A stretch of DNA of 30,934 nucleotides, taken from the IMG/VR virus record IMGVR_UViG_3300009152_000001. One strand, given 5' to 3'. Below, in pieces: positions 7,535 to 17,128 of this stretch. Every line of letters begins with the position of its first letter. The first letter of the stretch is position 1. Source of the DNA: an uncultured virus (IMG/VR IMGVR_UViG_3300009152_000001). Taxonomy: Duplodnaviria; Heunggongvirae; Uroviricota; Caudoviricetes. The notes under the pieces are model-generated. The model made no database searches. It worked only from the letters and a program-made list of their open reading frames with translations, and had not been told where the DNA came from. The translations under genes and the position numbers were made by a program.

Positions 7535-8454
7535 TGCGTACATCTAGTTCCGACTTGGTGCATGTGCTGGAGTCGGTGGGTGTTGATATCACCCGCTCCG
7601 GTGACCGTGAGATAACGGGGCGCTGCCCCGTGCACGTGAGGGTTGTGGGGCATGCCGACAGGTCACCCTCTTGGAGCATCAACGCCACCACTGGACTGTG
7701 GATATGTTTCTCCTGTGGTGCCCGAGGCTCGCTGTCGATGCTGCTCAGCGAACTGACCGGTGATGCCTCTGCCTCAGCGCAGAAGTTCCTCATCGACTCA
7801 GGAATGCAGCGGTTACTTACCGAAGACCAGCCTTACGAAAATGAGCAGTACGTCGACACCGACAAGTTCCTGTCTTTCAAGCGGGTGTCGGACAAGCGCT
7901 GCGCCACCCGCAACCTTGACCCCGATGCAACGTGGCGTCACGGTGTTCGATGGGACCCCGAGGTCAAGTGTTGGATTGTTCCAATAGTTTCCCAGTTGGG
8001 GCCGTTGATGGGATGGCAGGCCAAGAAACAGGGGTGGGTTCGTAACCGTCCTAATGGTGTTGAAAAGGCTAAGACCCTGTTTGGTATCGAACGGTTCAGG
8101 TCTCGCACAGCGGTTCTTGTGGAATCTCCCTTGGATGTTGTACGGTTCTCATCCGTGGGGTTGGACGCTCAATGCTTGGCATCCTTCGGGGCGCATGTGT
8201 CCTCGGACCAGATACGACTGCTGACCCACGTGTGCGACAAAGTCGTAGTGGCCATGGACAACGACGACGCTGGTGTATTCTCTAGCAAGCGTTTGTCGTC
8301 TCAGTTGTCTACTAGGCAAGGTGTTTACTGGTGGAACTACTCACAGGTGTCAGCGAAAGATATTGGTGACATGACTGATGAGGAAATAAGGTGGGGTTAT
8401 GAAAACGCGCTCACCATCCCTCCGTGGATCACACCCCTTAAGGACACCCCATGA
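7534..8454 (+). CDS. dnaG: DNA primase (CHC2 zinc finger + TOPRIM)
   Basis: CPVH...PSWSIN...CFSCG; LVESPLDV; MDNDDAG; KDIGD. Confidence 0.92.
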   Translation: MRTSSSDLVHVLESVGVDITRSGDREITGRCPVHVRVVGHADRSPSWSINATTGLWICFSCGARGSLSMLLSELTGDASASAQKFLIDSGMQRLLTEDQPYENEQYVDTDKFLSFKRVSDKRCATRNLDPDATWRHGVRWDPEVKCWIVPIVSQLGPLMGWQAKKQGWVRNRPNGVEKAKTLFGIERFRSRTAVLVESPLDVVRFSSVGLDAQCLASFGAHVSSDQIRLLTHVCDKVVVAMDNDDAGVFSSKRLSSQLSTRQGVYWWNYSQVSAKDIGDMTDEEIRWGYENALTIPPWITPLKDTP

Positions 8455-8792
8455 GCACCACGCCCTTCCTCTACAAAGGCACCATCCTGCTCGCAGTCGA
8501 CGGTGACACCCTTGATGTCCGCGTCGACCTAGGCTTCCGTATCTTCCACGAGATGCGGCTCCGCATCTACGGCGTCAACACCCCCGAACGTGGAGAACCC
8601 GGCTACTCGGAAGCCCGCGAGTTCCTGCTCCCATTCGTGGGTAAGGAAGCAGTCATTACTTCGCACAAGCCTCAGGACAAGTATGGCCGGTGGCTCGCAG
8701 AAGTGTCAGTCGATGGGGTATCCCTCGCTGACTCCCTCATCGCCCATAAGTTGGGCGTCCCTTACTTTGGTGGCAAACGAGGAGAGGTGTAA
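8451..8792 (+). CDS. Thermonuclease (SNase family)
   Basis: VDGDT, RLRIYGVNTPE, DKYGRWLA motifs. Confidence 0.93.
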   Translation: MSTTPFLYKGTILLAVDGDTLDVRVDLGFRIFHEMRLRIYGVNTPERGEPGYSEAREFLLPFVGKEAVITSHKPQDKYGRWLAEVSVDGVSLADSLIAHKLGVPYFGGKRGEV

Positions 8793-8959
8793 TGAAAGGC
8801 GACATCTACAGGTGCCCCGTGTGCTCAGGCACCATCCGCGAGGGCGACTGCGCTTACAGCGATGCCTTCTGCCACCGCACAGGAGCCTGTAGGAGAACCC
8901 GTGGTGGCTGGACACCCATGGTGAAAGTTGTTCCGGTAACATCAGATAATGACGTTTAA
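8792..8959 (+). CDS. 55-aa Cys-rich protein (not in ORF track)
   Basis: MKGDIYRCPVCSG...C...C...C; TAATG overlap with the nuclease stop, GGAGAGG upstream. Confidence 0.55.
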   Translation: MKGDIYRCPVCSGTIREGDCAYSDAFCHRTGACRRTRGGWTPMVKVVPVTSDNDV

Positions 8960-10499
8960 AGGTTCTTTATATCCTTACCAGCAAGAGTCTGTTGACAAGA
9001 TGGTCGACAGGGGTCAGATGCTCCTCGGTCTAGTCATGGGCGCAGGTAAGACGGTCACCACCATCGCAGCGGTCGAACATCTGTTCTCCACAGGTGAAAT
9101 CGACCGCTGCTTGGTCGTTGTGCCAGCATCCCTCAAGTACCAATGGTTCAGGGAGATCAAGAAGTTCACCGACTCGCGTGCCATCGTTATCGACGGCTCG
9201 CCCAAGGAACGTGAACGCCTATGGCGGTCAGCCATATCAGCCCACTACATCATCGTTAACCCTGAGTCCCTATCACGTGATACGGGTTACTTTAAGAGTG
9301 TTAAGTGGGAATGTATGGTTATTGACGAATCAACCATGATAAAATCTCGAGCCGCTAAACGATCTAAACTACTCAAGCGCATAGGTAAAACCGTTCCCTA
9401 TCGGTTTGCTCTCACCGGACAGCCCATAGAGAACAAGCCCGAAGAGTTGTTCTCCATCATGGAGTTCGTTGACCCGGAAATCCTCGGCAGGTTCGATGTG
9501 TTCGACCGCACCTTCATCGTGCGCGACCACTTCGGTAGGCCGGTTAAATATCGTAACCTTAAGACTCTATTTAACTCGCTATCAGATTGCGTAATACGCA
9601 AGACTCGCGAGGACATTGCCGACCAATTGCCCAAGATTATACACCAGACAATCCCAGTGCCTTTCGATAGGAAAGGTGCTGATGTCTATCGTAAGATATC
9701 AGGTGCCCTTCTTACTGACCTCCAGCAAGCAATGTCGATGAGCGGTGGGTCGTTCAGCCTCTGGAAGCACTACAACGATCCACAGGCCAACGCCGCCCAA
9801 GGGCAGATCATGTCGAAACTCACCGTGCTGCGGATGCTGTGCGACAGCCCTGAACTCGTTCGGCGTTCGGCTAGGCTGTACAACGACCAAACTAAACCGG
9901 ATCAAGGGAGTGCATATGCAGCCGTTTTGGAGCAAGAAGGTCTCCTTGTGGCGCTTACGGAGTCACCTAAAATGGATGCTGTCATTGAGTACGTATCAGA
10001 GGTACTTGAAGAAGACCCTAAAAACAAAGTAGTCCTGTTCAGTTTCTTCAAGGAGAACCTGCGCATCATCCAAGAGTCCACCAAGAAAGTATGTGGCTCT
10101 GTGTTGTTTACCGGCGATATGACTTCTGATGAGAAGGACGCTGCTAAGCAAGAGTTCTCCAACCGAAGTGACGTTCGGCTGTTCCTCTCCTCGGATGCTG
10201 GTGGCTACGGCGTCGACCTTCCGATGGCCAACTACCTCATCTCCTACGACCTCCCGTGGTCCTCGGGAAAGTTGGAGCAACGAGAAGCCCGCATCATCAG
10301 GTTGTCATCCCAGTTCGACCATGTTACGATTGCCACCTTCGTGATGCAGGGCAGCATCGAAGAGCGCCAGTACGAAATGCTCCAGCAGAAGAAGTTGATC
10401 AACGAGGCTTGGGTCGACGGAAAGCACCACGACATCAAGGGTGGCTTTGAGTTGACACTCAGCAGTCTTTCTAGTTTCTTACGAGAATCAGACGTTTAA
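8949..10499 (+). CDS. SNF2-family DNA helicase
   Basis: LYPYQ, MGAGKT, VIDES, ALTGQP, KVVLFS, GGYGVDL, QREARIIR. Confidence 0.93.
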   Translation: MTFKGSLYPYQQESVDKMVDRGQMLLGLVMGAGKTVTTIAAVEHLFSTGEIDRCLVVVPASLKYQWFREIKKFTDSRAIVIDGSPKERERLWRSAISAHYIIVNPESLSRDTGYFKSVKWECMVIDESTMIKSRAAKRSKLLKRIGKTVPYRFALTGQPIENKPEELFSIMEFVDPEILGRFDVFDRTFIVRDHFGRPVKYRNLKTLFNSLSDCVIRKTREDIADQLPKIIHQTIPVPFDRKGADVYRKISGALLTDLQQAMSMSGGSFSLWKHYNDPQANAAQGQIMSKLTVLRMLCDSPELVRRSARLYNDQTKPDQGSAYAAVLEQEGLLVALTESPKMDAVIEYVSEVLEEDPKNKVVLFSFFKENLRIIQESTKKVCGSVLFTGDMTSDEKDAAKQEFSNRSDVRLFLSSDAGGYGVDLPMANYLISYDLPWSSGKLEQREARIIRLSSQFDHVTIATFVMQGSIEERQYEMLQQKKLINEAWVDGKHHDIKGGFELTLSSLSSFLRESDV

Positions 10500-10511
10500 A
10501 AGGAGAACTAC

Positions 10512-10922
10512 ATGAGTGAACAAGATCGGTCTAGGCTGGCCAAAGAGTACAGCGACACGAAGTATCTGCTTGACAAGGTGACCAAACAGGTCAACGAGTT
10601 GAAGTCAGTCCTCGTCAAGGAACTTGACACCGATGGAACCCCAGACGACCGAGGGCACGTGTGGTGCCCCGCTGGGGACTTCACGCTCAAGAAAGAGCGC
10701 CGTGTCTCTGAGGTATTCGACTCAGCCGCCGCCACAAAGTGGGCGAAAGACAACGGGTACTGGGATGAAGTCAAGGAAGTCATCGAAGTCGTATCCGAAG
10801 AGAGGGTTCTCGCCCTAGGGTGGAACCACCCCGAACTGACCGACAAACTCACTGAGTTCTACGACCTCAAGGTATCGTGGGCGTTCAAGGTAATTGAGGG
10901 TAGGTCATACGATGGAGAATGA
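10512..10922 (+). CDS. Hypothetical protein (coiled coil + small domain, possibly Gam/Gp157-like)
   Basis: AAGGAG RBS; N-terminal coiled coil followed by DDRGHVW..KKERRVS; family assignment weak. Confidence 0.55.
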   Translation: MSEQDRSRLAKEYSDTKYLLDKVTKQVNELKSVLVKELDTDGTPDDRGHVWCPAGDFTLKKERRVSEVFDSAAATKWAKDNGYWDEVKEVIEVVSEERVLALGWNHPELTDKLTEFYDLKVSWAFKVIEGRSYDGE

Positions 10923-11181
10923 ACTCAATCTAGTTGAAGATTTGCGGTTCTTCGCCAAGATTGTTGAAGAGACCAACGGCAAACTCAATCTCATAATGCT
11001 CTCTGGGCAAATCTTCGCTCAGGCCGCTGACAAGATCGAACGGCTACGTGCCTTGTGCGACCAGTTGGCCGAAGCGTTGCGTGGCTACTACGACTTCGGG
11101 TCATCTGACACCATTGAGGACAACGCCGCTGCCGCCCTCGCCGCCTATACCGCAGCCCGCAAGGAGGCCGACCGTGGTTGA
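10912..11181 (+). CDS. Small hypothetical protein of the 'AAD.IERLR' type
   Basis: QAADKIERLRA motif shared with 11388..11594. Confidence 0.65.
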   Translation: MENELNLVEDLRFFAKIVEETNGKLNLIMLSGQIFAQAADKIERLRALCDQLAEALRGYYDFGSSDTIEDNAAAALAAYTAARKEADRG

Positions 11182-11410
11182 CGACATCGTGACCCGACTG
11201 CAATGCATCTACGACGCGGACGGGTGCGGCCAATGCACTTTCTGTCTGGCAAAGGCAGAGATTGAAAGTCTGCGTGCCGAGGTTGATATGACGAGTCGTC
11301 TGCTTTACCGTTTCAGCCATGCACTGGGCGACATCATCCACCTGACGCAAGACCGACAGGTCTTGGACTGCATCAAGGAGGCCCGCCGTGACTGACGACA
11401 TCGTGACCCG
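11161..11410 (+). repeat. Gene-boundary direct repeat (36 bp, 32/36 identical), partial third copy at 11574-11596
   Basis: AAGGAGGCC..CCGTG..TGACGACATCGTGACCCG at 11161-11196 and 11375-11410. Confidence 0.85.
11174..11395 (+). CDS. Small hypothetical protein (DDIVTRL start, C..CxxCxxC)
   Basis: AAGGAGG RBS, GTG start, paralogous N-terminus. Confidence 0.7.
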   Translation: MVDDIVTRLQCIYDADGCGQCTFCLAKAEIESLRAEVDMTSRLLYRFSHALGDIIHLTQDRQVLDCIKEARRD

Positions 11411-11594
11411 CCTGCGGCGTTGGGGTGACACCGTTGGCTCGTTCGGCATGATGCGTGCGCTGCATTACCAAGCCGCCGACGAGATCGAACGGCTGCGCGC
11501 CGCTGGCGATGCGCTTGCGACCGTCATGCAGTCAGGCTCTGACGCTGGCTGGGATGCCGCCATCGACGCATGGCAGGAGGCCCGACATGGCTGA
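11388..11594 (+). CDS. Small hypothetical protein (DDIVTRL start, AADEIERLR)
   Basis: AAGGAGG RBS, GTG start, paralogous motifs. Confidence 0.7.
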   Translation: MTDDIVTRLRRWGDTVGSFGMMRALHYQAADEIERLRAAGDALATVMQSGSDAGWDAAIDAWQEARHG

Positions 11595-12039
11595 CAAGAA
11601 ACTTCCAGAACAACTGAGCCTGTTTGACGACCTACCAGACTGGCCCGGTAACACACCCCCTAAGAACAGGGTGTCTGACCGTAAGGTAAAGAACACTCCA
11701 ACCGATTCACTGAACGGAGCAAGGGGTAAGGTGTATCGTATACAAGGAGAGGACAAGGAGTTCTTCACCATCGGTGAACTGGCTCGCGCCCTCAACCGCA
11801 AGGCGGTGACTATAAGGTCATGGGAGCAGCGCGGTTGGCTACCCAAGGTCAAGTACCGCACACCCGCCCCCGCTGGGGAACAAATCCCCGGAAAACCTTC
11901 CAAAGGTCGTAGACTTTACAGCAGGTCTCAGGTAGGGTTCCTACTTGAGGCGGTCACCAAGTTCAACTTGGACCACTCCAAACTGGCCAACTGGTCAGGC
12001 TTCCAGAAACACATCAGGGCCAACTGGCCCGCAGACTAA
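11587..12039 (+). CDS. MerR-like HTH DNA-binding protein
   Basis: FTIGELARALNRKAVTIRSWEQRGWLP...RRLYS; AGGAGG RBS. Confidence 0.85.
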   Translation: MADKKLPEQLSLFDDLPDWPGNTPPKNRVSDRKVKNTPTDSLNGARGKVYRIQGEDKEFFTIGELARALNRKAVTIRSWEQRGWLPKVKYRTPAPAGEQIPGKPSKGRRLYSRSQVGFLLEAVTKFNLDHSKLANWSGFQKHIRANWPAD

Positions 12040-12063
12040 ACACACACACGAAAGAGGTCCTAA

Positions 12064-12741
12064 ATGGGACGTTACGACGACGACATTGACGAAGTTGACG
12101 AGACCGCCGCTGAGCAGTCAGCGGTTCTCACTCAGAACCACCCCTCCACTACACGTGTCATCAAGCGTGGGTGGGGTGCCGCTGACAAGGTGAAGAACGC
12201 TGACTCAGCCTTCGCCCAGCGGCTCAAGGTTGACGAAGACCCAACCATCATCAAGTTCTTGGAGGATGAGCCATACGCCTCCTTCCGTCAGCACTGGGTT
12301 GAGCGGCAGGGGCAGAAGTCGTTCACCTGCATCGCAGACCTTGACCCAAAGGGTTGCCCTCTGTGCGACGCTGGCAACCGCCCCGCTACGCGGTTCGCTT
12401 TCAACGTCGTGATGATGGAACCCGACACCGACCCTGCGGTGAAGTCCTACGAAGTAGGCCCTCGGGTCATCGACCAGTTGAAGAACTTCCACACCAACCC
12501 CAATCAGGGTCCGCTGTCGAAGCACTACTGGGCTGTGTCCCGCACCGGCAAGGGCACCACGTCGGCCACCAACCATCAGGTTGTGAAAGAGCGTGACCTC
12601 GCAGACGACTGGTACGGCATCCACCCTCTCACCGACGCTGACCTGCGTGACTTCCGCAGCAGGGCATACACTCCTGAGATCATTCAGATTCCAGACCGCA
12701 AGACCTTGCAGAGCATTGCGATTGAGGACTTGGACGACTGA
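12064..12741 (+). CDS. Single-stranded DNA-binding protein (gp32-like)
   Basis: IIKFL...HWV...FTC...CPLC, FAFNVV, VSRTGKGT, acidic tail; directly before the polymerase. Confidence 0.75.
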   Translation: MGRYDDDIDEVDETAAEQSAVLTQNHPSTTRVIKRGWGAADKVKNADSAFAQRLKVDEDPTIIKFLEDEPYASFRQHWVERQGQKSFTCIADLDPKGCPLCDAGNRPATRFAFNVVMMEPDTDPAVKSYEVGPRVIDQLKNFHTNPNQGPLSKHYWAVSRTGKGTTSATNHQVVKERDLADDWYGIHPLTDADLRDFRSRAYTPEIIQIPDRKTLQSIAIEDLDD

Positions 12742-12744
12742 GCC

Positions 12745-14835
12745 GTGGGTTCAGATCGTCACGTTGTGGGGGGCCGTGAGGCCCCCCACATTGTCTTTAC
12801 AGAGGAAGAACTCAAGTCGGTAGTCGATGAGGCTCTTTCGGCGGGAGTGTTCTGCTTCGACGTTGAGACACGGGGTGTGGTCGACAGGCACCCCGATGTT
12901 CTGGCGCTGATCGAATCTGAGTGGGAAGCGCACGCCGCTACCCTCAAGGCTAAGAACGAAGATATCCTTAGGCGTTCTAAGGAATCCATAGTCGGTCGTT
13001 GGCGCAAGACGTTAGCCCTTGACCCCCTCCGCAACGAGGTCATCTGGCTTGGCATCGCCACTACGTCGAAGTCGTGGGTCATTCCGATGGGTCACCCCAA
13101 CGGTGAGGTCATCCACCCTGCCCTCACAGGTGACGGGTCGACTACACCGCCTCCCGGCTACCGGAAGATTCTCAAGAACGGCGAGGAATCAATGGCTAAG
13201 GCTAAGTTCTTCAAACCAGCCGTATTCTCCCCTGCCCCAGCGCAACTGCCGAAGTCGGTGGTCTTCAAAGCCCTAGAGCCGCTCCTTTTTAGTGATGCTG
13301 TAAAGGTGGGCCACAACGTCAAGTTCGACGCGCGTTCCGTCCGCAAGTACTTCGATGGTCGGCTTCCCCTTGGGCCGTTCGCTGACACGATGATTGCCCA
13401 GCACATCGTGAACGAGAATCTAACCTCGTACAGCCTTGATAACCTTATTGGTACTAACTTCAATGAGTTCGACCCCTACAACGTAGGTGGGAAACTAGGC
13501 GCAGTCATTACAGAAGTACCGTTCTCTGCGGCTGCTAGATACCTGCACCTTGACGTTCGGTGGACTTGGCTTCTGTACAACAAGTTGTACCGGAAGATAA
13601 AAGCCAACACCGACTTGCTCGCCTGCTTCTATCAGGACATGGATGTACTGCGAGTCCTCATGGACATGGAGGACACAGGTATCCCCGTGAACCAACGGGC
13701 CATGAAGTCTCTTGGCAAGTCACTTGACCTGCGCCTCAACGAACTCCTGCTTGACATGTACCAGTACGCCCCACCGGGGTTCAACCCCGGCAGCACGAAG
13801 CACAAGCAAGAGTTGCTGTTCAAGGGTAAGCGCGAGGGTGGCTTAGGTTTGAAGCCGTCTAAGACGACTGGCACTGGGGCTGCGTCCGTGGACGAGGAGA
13901 CTCTGAAGAAGTTGGAGTCGAAGCATCCCGTTATCCCGATGCTGTTGGAGTGGTCGGAGACAAAGAAACTTGTGTCAACATATGTTGACGGGCTTCTGCC
14001 CCAGTTGGTGAGGGGGCGTCTGCACCCATCGTTCCATCTCCACCGCACAGCGACAGGGCGTCTTAGTTCCTCTAATCCCAACCTGCAAAACATTCCTAGA
14101 GATAGCAGCGTCCGTAGCCTCTTCGTGGCCCCCGATGGGTACGAACTGCTGGTCGCTGACTACGACCAAATCGAACTGCGTGTCATGTGCATGTTCTCCC
14201 ACGATAAGAAGATGAGTGACTTCTTCCTGTCCAACGAGGACATCCACTCCGGTGCTGCGGCCCTGTGCTTGAATAAGCCCGTGTCCGAAGTGACCCCAGA
14301 GGAACGACAACTGGGCAAGGGTGTCAACTTCCTCACCGCTTACGGCGGTGGCTATCAGAAGTTGGCCCGCACCACGGGAATCCCCGAAGACCACGCCAAG
14401 CATGTCATCGACCAGTACTACCGGCAGTTCTCAGGTATCACCAAATGGAAGCAGGCGGTGGTAGCAGAGGGGCGTAGGTTCGGGTATGTGACCACCATGT
14501 CAGGCCGTCGTCGTCGGTTACCTGACCTGCTCTCGTCCGACAAGGGCGACAAGTCTCGCGCAGAGCGTCAGGCAGTCAACGCTGTGGTGCAGGGGTCAGC
14601 AGCGGATATCTGTAAGCAGGCTATGGTTGACTGTGCTGAAGCCTTCCGTGACTCCAACGCTCAACTGCTGGTGCAAGTCCATGACGAACTCGTCGTAGCA
14701 GTTCCAGCAGGGGAGGCTGCCGAGATGCGTAGCATTCTTATGACCGCTATGGGCGACGGCAGAGTGTATGATGGAATCCCCCTGAAAGTTTCATGCCACT
14801 CAGCCCTTAGTTGGGCAGAAGCAAAGGGTAAATGA
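12745..14835 (+). CDS. polA: Family A DNA polymerase with 3'-5' exonuclease
   Basis: FDVET, HNVKFD, ATGRLSSSNPNLQNIP, ADYDQIELR, RQLGKGVNF..AYG, QGSAAD, VHDEL. Confidence 0.97.
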   Translation: MGSDRHVVGGREAPHIVFTEEELKSVVDEALSAGVFCFDVETRGVVDRHPDVLALIESEWEAHAATLKAKNEDILRRSKESIVGRWRKTLALDPLRNEVIWLGIATTSKSWVIPMGHPNGEVIHPALTGDGSTTPPPGYRKILKNGEESMAKAKFFKPAVFSPAPAQLPKSVVFKALEPLLFSDAVKVGHNVKFDARSVRKYFDGRLPLGPFADTMIAQHIVNENLTSYSLDNLIGTNFNEFDPYNVGGKLGAVITEVPFSAAARYLHLDVRWTWLLYNKLYRKIKANTDLLACFYQDMDVLRVLMDMEDTGIPVNQRAMKSLGKSLDLRLNELLLDMYQYAPPGFNPGSTKHKQELLFKGKREGGLGLKPSKTTGTGAASVDEETLKKLESKHPVIPMLLEWSETKKLVSTYVDGLLPQLVRGRLHPSFHLHRTATGRLSSSNPNLQNIPRDSSVRSLFVAPDGYELLVADYDQIELRVMCMFSHDKKMSDFFLSNEDIHSGAAALCLNKPVSEVTPEERQLGKGVNFLTAYGGGYQKLARTTGIPEDHAKHVIDQYYRQFSGITKWKQAVVAEGRRFGYVTTMSGRRRRLPDLLSSDKGDKSRAERQAVNAVVQGSAADICKQAMVDCAEAFRDSNAQLLVQVHDELVVAVPAGEAAEMRSILMTAMGDGRVYDGIPLKVSCHSALSWAEAKGK

Positions 14836-15242
14836 TGAACGAGGCAGTATCCAAGCGCAACTTCTTTCTGATGCTCTCAGTATTGGGGGGACAGAAACTG
14901 GCGGCAGACGCCGGTTTCTCCCTCCCTTCTGAGGACGTTCAGCGCATCGAACTTCTTGACGTGTTCAAGAAGTGGATGATAATGTCGGGCACCGGCATTA
15001 CCGAAGTGATAAAAGAGTGCGCCTCTTGGGCGGTAGAACTTAACGAGATATCAGGTGACATGTCATCTGAGGAGTTTAGTGACACCGTTGAGGCACTTGT
15101 CTCCTTTAGTGTTGCCCTTATCTCGTACTTCCTTGATTCGGGTACATTGAAACTTGGGGACTCCGTTGATATCTCTGAAGAGATGTCGGAGAAGTTCATA
15201 CGGGAAATGTTCAAGTCAATCATTGAGGATTTAGATGAGTAG
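14832..15242 (+). CDS. Hypothetical protein
   Basis: ATGA overlap with the polA stop; 136 aa, acidic and helical. Confidence 0.65.
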   Translation: MMNEAVSKRNFFLMLSVLGGQKLAADAGFSLPSEDVQRIELLDVFKKWMIMSGTGITEVIKECASWAVELNEISGDMSSEEFSDTVEALVSFSVALISYFLDSGTLKLGDSVDISEEMSEKFIREMFKSIIEDLDE

Positions 15243-15615
15243 TGATTGGTGGTCACGGAAACTAAGCAACCAGCCTGCACCGGCTCGCCCCAGCCTGCCT
15301 CCGGTTCAAGCCCCCATTCGGTTTCCAGCCCAACCCAACTCGCCCACACTTACTCCCGCTGCTCAGAACACCCACGTGCTTGACCCCTCCAAGAACGCCA
15401 CCGAGCAGATATCAATGGGGGATGCCATTCACCTGTGGAAAGGCGGGGAGGCTGCAAGGACAGAGGGTGGGCTTTCGTGCCCCTCCTGTGGCAGTCACCT
15501 CGTCTTCACTCGCGGCAACAACCGCGTGAACGGCGCACAACCAGCCCCTCGTTGTTTCTCCTGCGGATACAACGGGTCGTACTCTCAGGGAGAACAGTCC
15601 AACTGGACTGCATAA
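15235..15615 (+). CDS. Zn-ribbon protein with Pro-rich N-terminus
   Basis: CPSCGS and CFSCGY pairs. Confidence 0.7.
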   Translation: MSSDWWSRKLSNQPAPARPSLPPVQAPIRFPAQPNSPTLTPAAQNTHVLDPSKNATEQISMGDAIHLWKGGEAARTEGGLSCPSCGSHLVFTRGNNRVNGAQPAPRCFSCGYNGSYSQGEQSNWTA

Positions 15616-15627
15616 CAAAGGAACAAC

Positions 15628-16659
15628 ATGTCTAAGGTTGATCAGCGCGAGTCGCTGGCTTCTATCATCGCTTCTATCAATAAGAAGTACGGCGATGACA
15701 TCATCATCCAAGGTAGTCAGGTTCGGGAAGAACTCCCACGTATTACCACGGGCGTACTAGCGTTCGACCTGATGCTTGGTGGTGGATGGCCCACTAACCA
15801 GTGGTCAGAGATAATCGGAAACGAAAGCAGCGGTAAGACTGCTCTCGCTTATCGAACCATCGCTGCCAACCAAGCGCTTGACCCTGAGTGGATTGCCATG
15901 TGGGTAGCCGCTGAAGAGTTCGTCCCCGACTACGCCCAGTCCATCGGGGTAGACCTTGACCGCCTGTGGGTGGTGGAGTCCAACGTGATGGAACACGCAT
16001 ACGACCTAGTGCTGCGTGCTCTGGACAACCGAGCCGTGGACTGTATCGTTATCGACTCACTGCCCGCCCTCGTCCCCGGCGACGAGGCAGAGAAGGCTAT
16101 GGACGAGTTCACCATGGGCTTAGGCGCTCGCCTCACTGGCAAGTTCCTGCGCAAGTCCTCCAAGTCACAGCGCCGGTCGATGGTGAACGATGACCGTGGC
16201 TGCACCGGCCTCATCATCAACCAGTGGCGTGAGAAGATTGGCGTTACCTATGGTGACCCCCGTACTACTCCCGGTGGTAAGGCCAAGAACTTCCACTACT
16301 TCGCACGCGTAGAGGTTGCTCGCGACGAGTGGATCAAGGACAAGGACGAAGCAATCGGCCAGACCATAAGGGCGCGCACCATCAAGAACAAGACGTACCG
16401 CCCACAGCAGACGGCCCAAGTCGACTTCTACTTTGCCAACGCCCGAGGGTTCAATCTAGGGGAGTTCGACACGGTGAAGGATGTAGTGAACATCTGCATC
16501 TCCATTGATATCATCACCCGCGCTGGTGCTTTCTACTCCTTCAACGGCCAGAAGTGGCAGGGTAAGGAAGCACTTGTGCAGGGAGTCCGAGAGGACTTGG
16601 ACTTGCAGAATGATCTCAAGAAGATTGCTACGGATTACTTTCTCAAAACCACAAACTGA
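15628..16659 (+). CDS. recA: RecA-like recombinase
   Basis: ITTG..AFDLMLGGG.P, GNESSGKT, IVIDSLPALVP, INQWREKIGVTYGDPRTTPGG, AGAFYS. Confidence 0.96.
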   Translation: MSKVDQRESLASIIASINKKYGDDIIIQGSQVREELPRITTGVLAFDLMLGGGWPTNQWSEIIGNESSGKTALAYRTIAANQALDPEWIAMWVAAEEFVPDYAQSIGVDLDRLWVVESNVMEHAYDLVLRALDNRAVDCIVIDSLPALVPGDEAEKAMDEFTMGLGARLTGKFLRKSSKSQRRSMVNDDRGCTGLIINQWREKIGVTYGDPRTTPGGKAKNFHYFARVEVARDEWIKDKDEAIGQTIRARTIKNKTYRPQQTAQVDFYFANARGFNLGEFDTVKDVVNICISIDIITRAGAFYSFNGQKWQGKEALVQGVREDLDLQNDLKKIATDYFLKTTN

Positions 16660-16671
16660 TAGGAACACAAC

Positions 16672-16827
16672 ATGGAAACCCCTACTAAGACAGCACAAGA
16701 ACTGTGGATCACGCGGGTTATAAACGGCACGTGGACTCCCGAGTACCTCGTCCCCGAGATGCAGCAGGCTGCAAAGTCCGCCGCCGCGGCTGTTGCTGAG
16801 TACAAGCGCGCCATAAGTGGATCATAA
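16672..16827 (+). CDS. 51-aa hypothetical protein (not in ORF track)
   Basis: METPTKTAQELWITRVINGTWTPEYL...; AGGA RBS; fills the gap after recA. Confidence 0.6.
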   Translation: METPTKTAQELWITRVINGTWTPEYLVPEMQQAAKSAAAAVAEYKRAISGS

Positions 16828-17128
16828 GAGCATTATGAAAGCCTCCCGTAAGCAGGAGGCTAGGTCTGCTGATACCTACAAGGGAAGCAGGAACGCAGGG
16901 TCTGGCTCTGGCTGGATGCGGAAGAACGATGTTCGGTCTCAGGACTTCCTCATAGAGAATAAGTTGACGAACAACGCCAAGTCCTATACGGTGAAGTTCA
17001 CCGACCTGCGTGACCTCACGGTCAAGGCCGTGCTAGAAGATAGAACACCTGTTCTACAGTTTGACTTGGGCGGTAAGCGCTACGTCATTCTTAACGAAGA
17101 CGATTTCTTGGAGATGATTAGTGACTGA
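16817..17128 (+). CDS. Small PD-(D/E)xK nuclease, Holliday junction resolvase-like
   Basis: KQE...GSGSGW..KNDV....LIENK. Confidence 0.75.
   Translation: MDHKSIMKASRKQEARSADTYKGSRNAGSGSGWMRKNDVRSQDFLIENKLTNNAKSYTVKFTDLRDLTVKAVLEDRTPVLQFDLGGKRYVILNEDDFLEMISD

Noticed and set aside
12745..16659. Inteins or introns in polA or recA
   Set aside because: Lengths and motif order are continuous; no intein termini or LAGLIDADG motifs seen
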